Assembly: GCA_039630575.1 (NCBI GenBank)
Contig: JBCNUW010000015.1
Coordinates: 1-50,616 of the forward strand
Length of the DNA: 50,616 nucleotides
Reading direction: 5' to 3'
From: Candidatus Hydrothermales bacterium
Lineage (GTDB): Bacteria > Hydrothermota > Hydrothermia > Hydrothermales > JAJRUZ01
Below are positions 10,163 to 18,227 of the stretch, one piece after another (within the stretch, counting starts at the first letter, position 1; each line of letters starts with the position of its first letter). The translations under genes and the position numbers were made by a program. The notes beneath the pieces were generated by a model that was not told the origin of the DNA, made no database searches, and worked only from the letters and a program-made list of their open reading frames with translations.

Positions 10163-11035
10163 ATGAAAACTTTAATATTTTTAATCTTTTCAATCTTTAA
10201 TCCAGGTGATAATTCTTTTGTATTCTTAAAGAATCTGAAGGATGCAGAAGATATTGCTCTTGGTGAGGCTTCCTGCGCATTACCATGTGATGCCTTAAGT
10301 TTTATTTTTAACCCTGCCCTTCTAGGAGGCATAAAAAATTATGAGGCTTCCTTTTACAGCGCTTTTTTGTGGAATAATATAAAAGAAAACTACTTTGCCT
10401 TTGGAAGCAGAACAAAATACTTTAATTATGGTATTTCACTATATTACTTAAATTACGGAAAAATTGAAGGGAGAGATAAGTTTGGGTACAAAACAAAAGA
10501 TTTTACACCTTATGACTTTTCAGTTCATTTAGGTATAGGAAAAAATATTTCTAAATTTTTAAAATTGGGATTTGCCTTTGCTTATGCAATCGAACAAATT
10601 GAGGAAGAAAAAGGTAACTCCTTTGTTTTTTCATTTGGAACAAAGTATATAATTCCAAATAACCCATCTATAAAAGTCGGATTTTCGATAATAAATCTTG
10701 GAACACCCATAAAGTTCATAAGAGAGTCTTTCTCTCCACCCCCAATTTTTAAATTAGGAGCTCTATATAAAAAACCAAAAACTCCTTACCTTGCTACCTT
10801 TGAAATCTCTCTTCCTTTTGACCATTTACCCTTTATTTCAATAGGAGGATCATACATTATAAAAAATCTACTTGAAATAAGAGGAGGTTTTAAAAGTTCA
10901 TTCGATACAGGACTTATTTCCGCCTTTAGATTTGGGTTTGGTTTAACTCATGGTATAGTATCCCTTGACTATGCAATAGTCCCAAGAGGTATTCTTGGAT
11001 TTACCCATCATATTGATTTAAAGTTTAAATTTTAA
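10163..11035 (+). CDS. PorV/PorQ-like (UPF0164-type) outer-membrane beta-barrel
   Basis: AEDIALGEA...FNPALL N-terminal motif, amphipathic strands, C-terminal LDYA...LGFTHHIDLKFKF ending in Phe. Confidence 0.82.
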   Translation: MKTLIFLIFSIFNPGDNSFVFLKNLKDAEDIALGEASCALPCDALSFIFNPALLGGIKNYEASFYSAFLWNNIKENYFAFGSRTKYFNYGISLYYLNYGKIEGRDKFGYKTKDFTPYDFSVHLGIGKNISKFLKLGFAFAYAIEQIEEEKGNSFVFSFGTKYIIPNNPSIKVGFSIINLGTPIKFIRESFSPPPIFKLGALYKKPKTPYLATFEISLPFDHLPFISIGGSYIIKNLLEIRGGFKSSFDTGLISAFRFGFGLTHGIVSLDYAIVPRGILGFTHHIDLKFKF

Positions 11036-11056
11036 AAAATAAAATTTTAGATTAAA

Positions 11057-11566
11057 TCACTTAATCTTCTTTTCTAAATCTTCGATCCTTTTTTCAAGTT
11101 TTTTAATTTCTTCTCTTAGATTTTCTATGATCTCTTTAAGATTTTCTTTATATGGTAAAATTATCCTCTTTTCAATCTCATGTTTATATGGATCAAATCT
11201 TTCTAAAATAGAAAGATCTTTTTCTTTTTCACCAATCTTTACCTTTAAAGAAATCTTCTTGTTTTTTCTCAAAATTTCAAGATTCACCTCCTCATTCGGG
11301 TGTTTCTTAACATAGTAGATTAAGTCATCTATATCACTTATCTTTTCATCTTTTATCTTTAAAATAATGTCTCCTTCCTTTATACCTACTTTATCTGCTG
11401 GTGAGTCCTCTTCAACTTTTGATACAATTACCCCATATTCAATATCAAGAGCAATCTTATAATGCTCTGGTATGTTATCTACATAGACTCCAAGCCAACC
11501 TTTTTTCTCTTTTGAATTTAAAACACCTACCCACATAAATAATGTTATTATTATTAACTTCTTCAT
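11057..11566 (-). CDS. Exported single-PDZ-domain protein with C-terminal coiled coil
   Basis: GWLGV...GVIVSKVEEDSPADKVGIKEGDIILKI (DegP-like PDZ) without a protease domain. SD GGAGGGAG precedes ATG 11566; alternative ATG at 11584. Confidence 0.85.
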   Translation of the reverse strand: MKKLIIITLFMWVGVLNSKEKKGWLGVYVDNIPEHYKIALDIEYGVIVSKVEEDSPADKVGIKEGDIILKIKDEKISDIDDLIYYVKKHPNEEVNLEILRKNKKISLKVKIGEKEKDLSILERFDPYKHEIEKRIILPYKENLKEIIENLREEIKKLEKRIEDLEKKIK

Positions 11567-11590
11567 ATCTCCCTCCTTTTTCATATATTA

Positions 11591-11617
11591 AGACGAACCA
11601 AAAGTTTAGATAGTTCC
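11591..11617 (-). promoter_or_regulatory. ECF sigma factor promoter
   Basis: GGAACT (11617-11612), 16 bp, CGTCT (11595-11591), immediately upstream of the PDZ gene; matches the AAC-N16/17-CGT ECF pattern. Confidence 0.7.
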
Positions 11618-11623
11618 AAATTA

Positions 11624-11952
11624 TTAAGGGAAAAAATCTAAAGATTTACACTTTAACCATTTTACCTTTACTTTAAATTTTTTTGAAATCTTATAAATCA
11701 CCTCTTCATCAACTTTTTCATTAAACCTTTCAAATCTTTTATATTTTTTAAAAGAAATACCCAGGATTTTTGCCATATCTTCTTCTTTTAAACCTTTTAT
11801 CTCCCTTAATACCCATAATCTTATATTTGTATTTTCTTTACCATCAATTATTAAATTCTTAACTAATTTTTCTGGTTTTATAAATTTCCTTGCTAAATCA
11901 ATTAACTCATCTAATGACTTAATTATCCCTAAGCATCCTTAATCTTTCTCAT
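11624..11952 (-). pseudogene. XRE/Cro-type HTH regulator, frameshifted near its start (not in ORF track)
   Basis: ATG 11952 gives MRKIKDA*. One added T joins it to LGIIKSLDELIDLA...IRLWVLREIKGLKEEDMAKILGISFKKYKRFERFNEKVDEEVIYKISKKFKVKVKWL...*, a recognisable XRE HTH. Confidence 0.72.
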
Positions 11953-12414
11953 ATATCTTTAATAAATTTTCTACATCTATAATATCCTGTGGTCTTCCTG
12001 CTTTTCTTTTCATCTTTATAAGCTCATCAAAAGCTACTACTTTTAAATAGGTATCTTTAAATTTAATCTTTCTTTTTTTAATTTTTGAATAATCATATTC
12101 AAGATGTATATCAATTGAAATAAAAGGGTCAGAAGGATTTATAAATGTAAAAATTTTTGCTTTTTTTCTTTTATTATTTTCTTCCTTTCTTTCTTGTCAA
12201 TTAACCTTTTAAAATCAAAAGGAACCCTTTGGATAAAACCAAATTTTTTTTATTATTTTTAAAAATCTTTCAACATTATCTTTTTTAAAATCAAGAATTA
12301 AATCAATATCCTTTGTCGTCCTTAAATATCCATAAATAATCACAGCATATACTTTATATTTTCTTTTTCTAAAGTGTATAATATTTTTGTAAATTTATTT
12401 TTAATTTTTTTCAT
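11939..12414 (-). pseudogene. Nucleotidyltransferase (DUF6036/AbiEii-like fold), three lesions (not in ORF track)
   Basis: Segments MKKIKNKFTKILYTLEKENIKYML* / YAVIIYGYLRTTKDIDL...KIIKK / FGFIQRVPFD...KEK / AKIFTF...ELIKMKRKAGRPQDIIDVENL*. RxTxDID and KxxAGRPQDxxD are present; the GG motif is absent. Frameshifts at T8 12244-12251 and T7 12161-12167. Confidence 0.82.
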
Positions 12415-13327
12415 CTACCGAGAGTAAAGATAAATAAAATTTTATTCCGATTACAAATTTCCTATATTCTTTTAAAATCTCTAAAAGGTCATCCTTATAA
12501 GGATTATTTATAAATCTTTGCTCATAAATTGCAAATAGAGAAATAATGAAATCTTTATAATTAATCTTTGTTTCTAAATACGAATTTATTTTATAATCGT
12601 ATCTTTTAAAGTGAAGTGTATCAGTTTTATTTTTTGTTAAAAATTTTCTGATTTCAAAATTAAGATCTAATTTTAAAAACTTATAATTTAAATTTATTTC
12701 AGGAATTAAAGATATATATGAATAATCTTTATGAGAAAGAGGATTAAATGGTTTTAAATAGGAAATTCCAAAGTTCATTCTATTAATGCCAAATAAAAAT
12801 AAATACTTTGAGGCATCAAGATAATTCCAAAAGTTAGGATAAAAGTTATAAAAGTAAATTCCTGTTTCAAAGAAAGGTTTAAAATTTATTTTTTTAAACA
12901 AAATACCAGAAGAGATTTTAAAAAGCGAAAATTCAAGTGGATAAGTAAGATCTTCTTCTTTTATATAAACAGGACCTATAAAAAAATAGGGCTGGTAAAA
13001 AACTTTAAAAAATATCTCTTTATCTTTTAAGGTCTTAAATAAAAAATTTAAATTCCCATAATTTTTATATTCATTTTTATAAAAAATTTTAAATTTTGGT
13101 GATAATTTAAAATAAAAGTCTTTTAAAGAAAAAATTATTTCAGGATTTAATTCTAAAAATAGATCGTCAATCGTTTTTACATATGTAAACTTATAAAGTT
13201 TTTTACCTTCTAAAAAATTTGATATATCTCTTTCTGAAAATTTGAATACATTTGAATCATAACCTGAATTTATTAATAAGGACGCTTTAAATTTTTGTTT
13301 TTTTTTACATAAACTTTTACACAGCCT
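12401..13327 (-). CDS. Probable outer-membrane beta-barrel domain; 3' half of a gene split by a -1 frameshift
   Basis: The frame of ORF 12401..12901 stays open upstream to 13327 with no ATG/GTG/TTG in the extension: KQKFKASLLINSGYDSNVFKFS...DDLFLELNPEIIF...YFKLSPKFKIFY.... Aromatic, alternating-polarity strands throughout. Confidence 0.65.
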   Translation of the reverse strand, partial: RLCKSLCKKKQKFKASLLINSGYDSNVFKFSERDISNFLEGKKLYKFTYVKTIDDLFLELNPEIIFSLKDFYFKLSPKFKIFYKNEYKNYGNLNFLFKTLKDKEIFFKVFYQPYFFIGPVYIKEEDLTYPLEFSLFKISSGILFKKINFKPFFETGIYFYNFYPNFWNYLDASKYLFLFGINRMNFGISYLKPFNPLSHKDYSYISLIPEINLNYKFLKLDLNFEIRKFLTKNKTDTLHFKRYDYKINSYLETKINYKDFIISLFAIYEQRFINNPYKDDLLEILKEYRKFVIGIKFYLSLLSVDEKN

Positions 13328-14007
13328 TTACCTTTTTCAAATAATATTTTTATTGAATGCATTCCCTTAGGAAGTTCTAATTTTATTTTTTCTGCTTCGC
13401 TAGGTAAAATATTTTTATTTTCTAAAAATCTTGCCTTTCTTGAAGCTCTTCCTTCAAACTCTTTTGAAAAAATTTCATTATCATTATCAAGGATTTTTAA
13501 TTTAAATATATCATATTTTCTCTTTCCTTCTTTATCAAAATCTCCCCTTATATATACATAAATTGTTTCAGGTCCTTCTATTTTAAAACTACAACCAGTA
13601 TCAGAAGTAATTCTATAATAGATATATTTTTTTTCATTTATAAAACATGTAATCGGAAAACCTTGTAAATTTAAACTCTTTAAATTAATCTTTTTTAACT
13701 CAAAAATGTTTATGTAAAAATTTCCCTCTTCTGTTTTGAGTTCATATTTTCCTGTTTCAAGAAGTAGCTTTATCTCTTTTTTTTCTTTAACTTTATAACT
13801 TTTATATTTCTTACCATCTTTTAAAATGTAAAAATCTGCCTCTTTGCCTTTGTTTTCCACATAAATCTTGATTGATTTTGGCTCTTTTAGTTCAAAATGA
13901 ATTGGTAAGCCACTTTTTAAATCTTCATTCTTCAAATTCAATTTAATTTCTTCCCAATAAGCAAAGAGCAAAGAAAATGAAAGGAAAAATAATTTTATTT
14001 TTTTCAT
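13273..14007 (-). CDS. Exported beta-rich protein; probable 5' half of the frameshifted barrel gene
   Basis: Signal peptide MKKIKLFFLSFSLLFA; 4-bp overlap with pgsW; ends 8 codons after the A9 run at 13298-13306. Confidence 0.75.
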   Translation of the reverse strand: MKKIKLFFLSFSLLFAYWEEIKLNLKNEDLKSGLPIHFELKEPKSIKIYVENKGKEADFYILKDGKKYKSYKVKEKKEIKLLLETGKYELKTEEGNFYINIFELKKINLKSLNLQGFPITCFINEKKYIYYRITSDTGCSFKIEGPETIYVYIRGDFDKEGKRKYDIFKLKILDNDNEIFSKEFEGRASRKARFLENKNILPSEAEKIKLELPKGMHSIKILFEKGKGCVKVYVKKNKNLKRPY

Positions 14008-15125
14008 ACACTATCTTCTATCTTTTTCTTCTTTAAGATATAAATTATATCAAATCTTAAGATTAAAAATAAAAGAAAAATCAAGACTAAAAGCTGTAAA
14101 ATAACTAGGGGGACTGAATATTTCTCTTCAAAAAATAAACTCCCTTCACAAGCTTTTGGCATTTCAATTGGTGAAATAGGCATGTTATACTTTTTAGCAA
14201 TTGCCATTATATTATGAATACTTATAACAGGAATTCCCTTTTCAAGAAATCTTACAATTACGCCTTTAACTGGTAATTTATTAAAATCTATTTTCCTATC
14301 ATAGGGATCATTTATTCCTGATTTTAAATAATAAATCATATCAGAAAAACCTAAATCTGCTATCCCTTCACCTATACTTATAAAAAGCTTTATGTTACCG
14401 TTTGAAAGACTATCATAAATTTTAATCCTCTTTTCAATTGACTTTTCAAGTGAATTTTCATTTATAAAGATAGGAATGTTATTTCTTTCAATTGCCTTTT
14501 TTAAAATGTTTCTACCTTCTTCTTCTAAACCCATACCAGCATCATTTATACCACCTATTGAAGCTGCTACTGTTTTACTTTTTATCATTTTATTTTCATG
14601 GAGAAAATTCTCCATGTCAAGATATGTCCAGAAAGGGTGATTTGCTCCCCACGCTGACGAACTTAAAGATGTAATTATTATTGGTTTAAGTCCCAGAACT
14701 TCTGCTGAGATTATAAGTAAAATATTTAATGCAGGAAAAGAACCTGTTAAACTTACTGCTATATAGTCTCCCTTTTTTAAATTTAATTTCTTGAAGAAAT
14801 CAATAAAAAGAGCAGAAAAGTTTGGATTTATACTCGTTAACTTTGTCTCAATTGCTGCTTCCTCTTCTGTTATCAAAGAACTTCTTAAACCTATAAGTCC
14901 AGTTTTCCCTGGGTCATTTATCGAATCTATAACTCCACCTCTTTTAATAAATTCTTCTTTTAAAAGCAAAAAGGCTTTATGTGTAAGAATTGCAGATTTT
15001 TCTTTTAACTTATAATATCTTACAGGCTTTTTTATAAGTGTTTTTTGCTCAATAATGAAAAATAAAACTCCTATTAAAAATAGAATTAAAAAATCAAAAT
15101 TATTCAGTCTTCTTCTTAAAACCAT
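14004..15125 (-). CDS. pgsW: Poly-gamma-glutamate system protein
   Basis: DPGKTGLIG..S.ITE, KLTSINPNF, SLTGSFPALN, SSAWGANHP..TYLDME, ASIGG.ND; TM helices at both ends; follows pgsBC. Confidence 0.9.
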   Translation of the reverse strand: MVLRRRLNNFDFLILFLIGVLFFIIEQKTLIKKPVRYYKLKEKSAILTHKAFLLLKEEFIKRGGVIDSINDPGKTGLIGLRSSLITEEEAAIETKLTSINPNFSALFIDFFKKLNLKKGDYIAVSLTGSFPALNILLIISAEVLGLKPIIITSLSSSAWGANHPFWTYLDMENFLHENKMIKSKTVAASIGGINDAGMGLEEEGRNILKKAIERNNIPIFINENSLEKSIEKRIKIYDSLSNGNIKLFISIGEGIADLGFSDMIYYLKSGINDPYDRKIDFNKLPVKGVIVRFLEKGIPVISIHNIMAIAKKYNMPISPIEMPKACEGSLFFEEKYSVPLVILQLLVLIFLLFLILRFDIIYILKKKKIEDSV

Positions 15126-15577
15126 TTAAAAACTGGTGCTCCACCGTTTATCAGAATAACAACATATCTTATAATTACACAAACGACAGAAAGGGTACCT
15201 AAGGTTGGAATTATGCCTTGCCTATCCATCCAGTATGCTAAAAGCCCTGGAATTATAAAACCAAATGCTCTTATCATTATTGCAATTTGACCTACCGGTG
15301 AGTCTGCAATAAAACGGGAAAGTTCAGAGAATAAAAAGCCAAGAAGAACGGTTACAAGAAGCCTTCTCCTCCCATAAAGTAAAGAAAAGTTTGAAATGAT
15401 TTTTAAAAAAATTAAAGTTAAAAAACTTGCAATAAGTGTTCCAATTAAAAGGTCTGGTTTATCTAATATATAGGCAATATAACCAGGGACAACAAGACCA
15501 CCTGCCATTGAGCCAATTATCTCAGAGGAAAATAGTGTTAGAATTAAACCAATAGCTATTGACTGTGCAAGTATCAT
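15116..15577 (-). CDS. pgsC: Poly-gamma-glutamate biosynthesis membrane protein PgsC/CapC
   Basis: AGGLVVPGYIA, LYGRRR, GFIIPGLLAYWMDRQG; 153 aa, hydrophobic. Confidence 0.95.
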   Translation of the reverse strand: MILAQSIAIGLILTLFSSEIIGSMAGGLVVPGYIAYILDKPDLLIGTLIASFLTLIFLKIISNFSLLYGRRRLLVTVLLGFLFSELSRFIADSPVGQIAIMIRAFGFIIPGLLAYWMDRQGIIPTLGTLSVVCVIIRYVVILINGGAPVFKWF

Positions 15578-16740
15578 AAGCTCCTCTTTGATTTAAAGAT
15601 TTCCCTTATTTTATTTCCAAGCCCCACAATATTTCCTATCCCCATACAGATTGAATCTTCGCTAATTTCTAAAACTCTTTCAAAAATTTCTTCTGGCTTT
15701 GGATTCCTAAAAGTTATTATTTTTTCTTTTTCAACTCCCTTTTTAATAAGATTGTTTTTAACTATAAAAGAATGTTCACCGCATATTACATAATAATCTC
15801 CTATTATTTTATCTCCAAGGAATTTTAAAAATGATTCTGTTCTTTGAGCTCTATCTGATCTTAAAACAAATAAAACTATTTTTGTTTTTTTATCTTTTGA
15901 AAAATTTTGCCATAAAATGGATGTTGATTCAGGGTCATTTGCTGAGAAGGCACTGTAAAATTCTACTTTCTTATTTTTTTCTTCTATAACATATTTTTCA
16001 AGAACACCTGGGTCAGGATTCACATTATACATACTATTTAAGGCATCTTCTCTTTTTATTCCAAAATACTCACAGACATGTAAAGCAATTGCCACATTAT
16101 TCTTATGTTCTATATAGGAAAATTTTTTTAGAATCTCTTCATTTACCCATGAAGAATCAACATAAAAAATTTCTGTTTTCCTTTTCTCACACTCTTTCCT
16201 AATTATATCAAAAAACTTTTCTTCACAAGTAAAAAGGACACCATTTTTTGGAATTGAAAGACATAAATTTCTTGCAACATCTAAAAGAGTAGGTCCCATC
16301 ACGTCAAGATGATCCTCCCTTACGTTTGTTATAACCCCAACATTACTTTTCATTATATTTTCTTCAAAAACTTTTATGTATTCAGGAGTTATTGCCATGC
16401 ATTCTGTTACAAAAAAGTTTGCATTTAACTGTGCTGCCATTTTCACTATTCTTAACTGTTCAATTATATTTGGTTTACCAGGACGAGCAACAGGTAATTC
16501 CTTTCCGTCAGGAAATATAAATCTTGGAACAGTTCCTGTTGTTTTTGCAACAACGATATTTTCTGGATTTGCTTTTAAGCCTTGATATATAAGTCTTGTT
16601 GTTGATGATTTTCCTCTTGTACCATTTACATGGATTCTATTTTTTATCTTTTCTAGATTTTTTAAATGTCTTTGATAACGTATAATTTCAATACTTAAAT
16701 ATGTTCCTAATGATGCTAAACTTGCCAACAAAAGACTCAT
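15574..16740 (-). CDS. pgsB: Poly-gamma-glutamate synthase PgsB/CapB
   Basis: RIHVNGTRGKSSTTRLI, AKTTGT, PNIIEQ, ECMAITPEY, ITNVREDHLDVMGPT, FSANDPEST, GIGNIVG. Confidence 0.96.
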   Translation of the reverse strand: MSLLLASLASLGTYLSIEIIRYQRHLKNLEKIKNRIHVNGTRGKSSTTRLIYQGLKANPENIVVAKTTGTVPRFIFPDGKELPVARPGKPNIIEQLRIVKMAAQLNANFFVTECMAITPEYIKVFEENIMKSNVGVITNVREDHLDVMGPTLLDVARNLCLSIPKNGVLFTCEEKFFDIIRKECEKRKTEIFYVDSSWVNEEILKKFSYIEHKNNVAIALHVCEYFGIKREDALNSMYNVNPDPGVLEKYVIEEKNKKVEFYSAFSANDPESTSILWQNFSKDKKTKIVLFVLRSDRAQRTESFLKFLGDKIIGDYYVICGEHSFIVKNNLIKKGVEKEKIITFRNPKPEEIFERVLEISEDSICMGIGNIVGLGNKIREIFKSKRSL

Positions 16741-18227
16741 TTTAGCAGTATAATTTTTTCCTTTTTTTTATGATCCCTTGTTTTAAAAATCAAAAGGTAA
16801 GTTCCCCTTTTCAAATTCAAACTGATTTCTTTTCTATAAAACCCGGGAAATAAGTCTTTAAAAATAATTTTTTTTATTTTTCTACCCAAATTGTCATAAA
16901 GACAAAATTCGGGACTATCTTTTTTTTCTTTAACCCAGAAAACGAGAACAACATTATCTTTTGTTAAGTTTTTTAATACATATATACTTTGTGAAAATGT
17001 ATCGTAAACAAAAGGGTAAAGGTAAACGTTAATTTCCTTATATTCTCTATCATTTAATGTAAAATTGATACTTTTTTTTCTGTATCCTTCCTTCTCTACT
17101 TCAAGTGTATAATTACCAGGTTTTAATATCCTAAAAATATCACCATTTTCATCTGTTGATATGTGTTTTATCTCTGGGATTGTGTCAATTTGTAGTATTC
17201 TACAGGATGCACTTAGATGTGCTCCTGTTATGGAGTCTCTTACTGTAACCTTCACTATATTATATAGCACTCTTCTTAAAATATAGTAGACACCATTTAG
17301 ATTATATTCAACAATTTTTGATACTCTGTGGGGTGCAGGAAGTGTTGTATCTGAAACCTCTATTAATATACCAAAGGTACCATAATTTGTGTAAATCCAG
17401 TTCCTGAACACTCCACCAAGGCGTCTTGATGTTACAATAGGTATATAAGGTTCACCAGTTATGTCACTTTTTATATTCAAAGCAAGACTATCAGCTACTT
17501 CCTTTATGAAAATAAAATCAGGACACAATTTTGCCCCATCTCTCCATGGATAATATATAACTTCTCCTAACCCTGTTCTTGCACTATGGTATGTTATTCC
17601 AACAACAAAATTTTCTCTTTCACATAAACTCTTTATGCTTCTCGTTTCAGGTTCAGAAAAAGGATAAGGTCCCCTGTAATATTCACTTGTATCATATGGT
17701 GAACCAGCATTACTCCATAAATAATCATAGTTTCTATTCAAGTCAACACCATCACCCCTTCCTTCCTTTCCACATCTATAATCAAAAATCTTATTTTGAT
17801 TGTTATCCCTTTTATTTTTTCTCCATATTTCACATATTCCTTCTGTTACAACACTGTACCCATCAGGATTTAAACAAGGAATTATGTATATTTCACATTC
17901 ATTGACAAATTTTGTAATATTTTGATCTTCACCATAAAATTTCAAAAGTCTTTTTATAAGTTCAATACATATCTCAAGACCAAGTGGTTCTTCAGCATGA
18001 TGGAGTGCAACAAATAAAACAGGAGGTTCTATTTCATCATATCTAACATTGTCAGAGATCTTTACACAAATTATAGGATTTGAATCAACCTCAGTATAAT
18101 TAAGTGTTTCCATTTTTGCAAAGTCTTTATAAAGTGGTACTATTGAATCAAGAATATTTTGCAATTCCTCGAAGGTGTGATATTCGGGAGGTATAATTAG
18201 AAAATTAAATAGAAGAAAAAATTTCAT
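16737..18227 (-). CDS. M14 zinc carboxypeptidase with regulatory-like domain and T9SS-type C-terminal domain
   Basis: HHAEE (HxxE), NPDG, WRKN, GVDLNRNY, GPYPFSEPET, YHS; PGNYTLEVEKEGY; C-terminus LYDNLGRKIK...GTYLLIF...KIILLK. Confidence 0.9.
   Translation of the reverse strand: MKFFLLFNFLIIPPEYHTFEELQNILDSIVPLYKDFAKMETLNYTEVDSNPIICVKISDNVRYDEIEPPVLFVALHHAEEPLGLEICIELIKRLLKFYGEDQNITKFVNECEIYIIPCLNPDGYSVVTEGICEIWRKNKRDNNQNKIFDYRCGKEGRGDGVDLNRNYDYLWSNAGSPYDTSEYYRGPYPFSEPETRSIKSLCERENFVVGITYHSARTGLGEVIYYPWRDGAKLCPDFIFIKEVADSLALNIKSDITGEPYIPIVTSRRLGGVFRNWIYTNYGTFGILIEVSDTTLPAPHRVSKIVEYNLNGVYYILRRVLYNIVKVTVRDSITGAHLSASCRILQIDTIPEIKHISTDENGDIFRILKPGNYTLEVEKEGYRKKSINFTLNDREYKEINVYLYPFVYDTFSQSIYVLKNLTKDNVVLVFWVKEKKDSPEFCLYDNLGRKIKKIIFKDLFPGFYRKEISLNLKRGTYLLIFKTRDHKKKEKIILLK

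Noticed and set aside
11624..12160. Read-through fusion of nucleotidyltransferase C-terminus and HTH (same frame across TAA 11939-11941)
   Set aside because: An overlapping ATG at 11952 plus one missing base explains it more simply as two coupled genes; not fully excluded.
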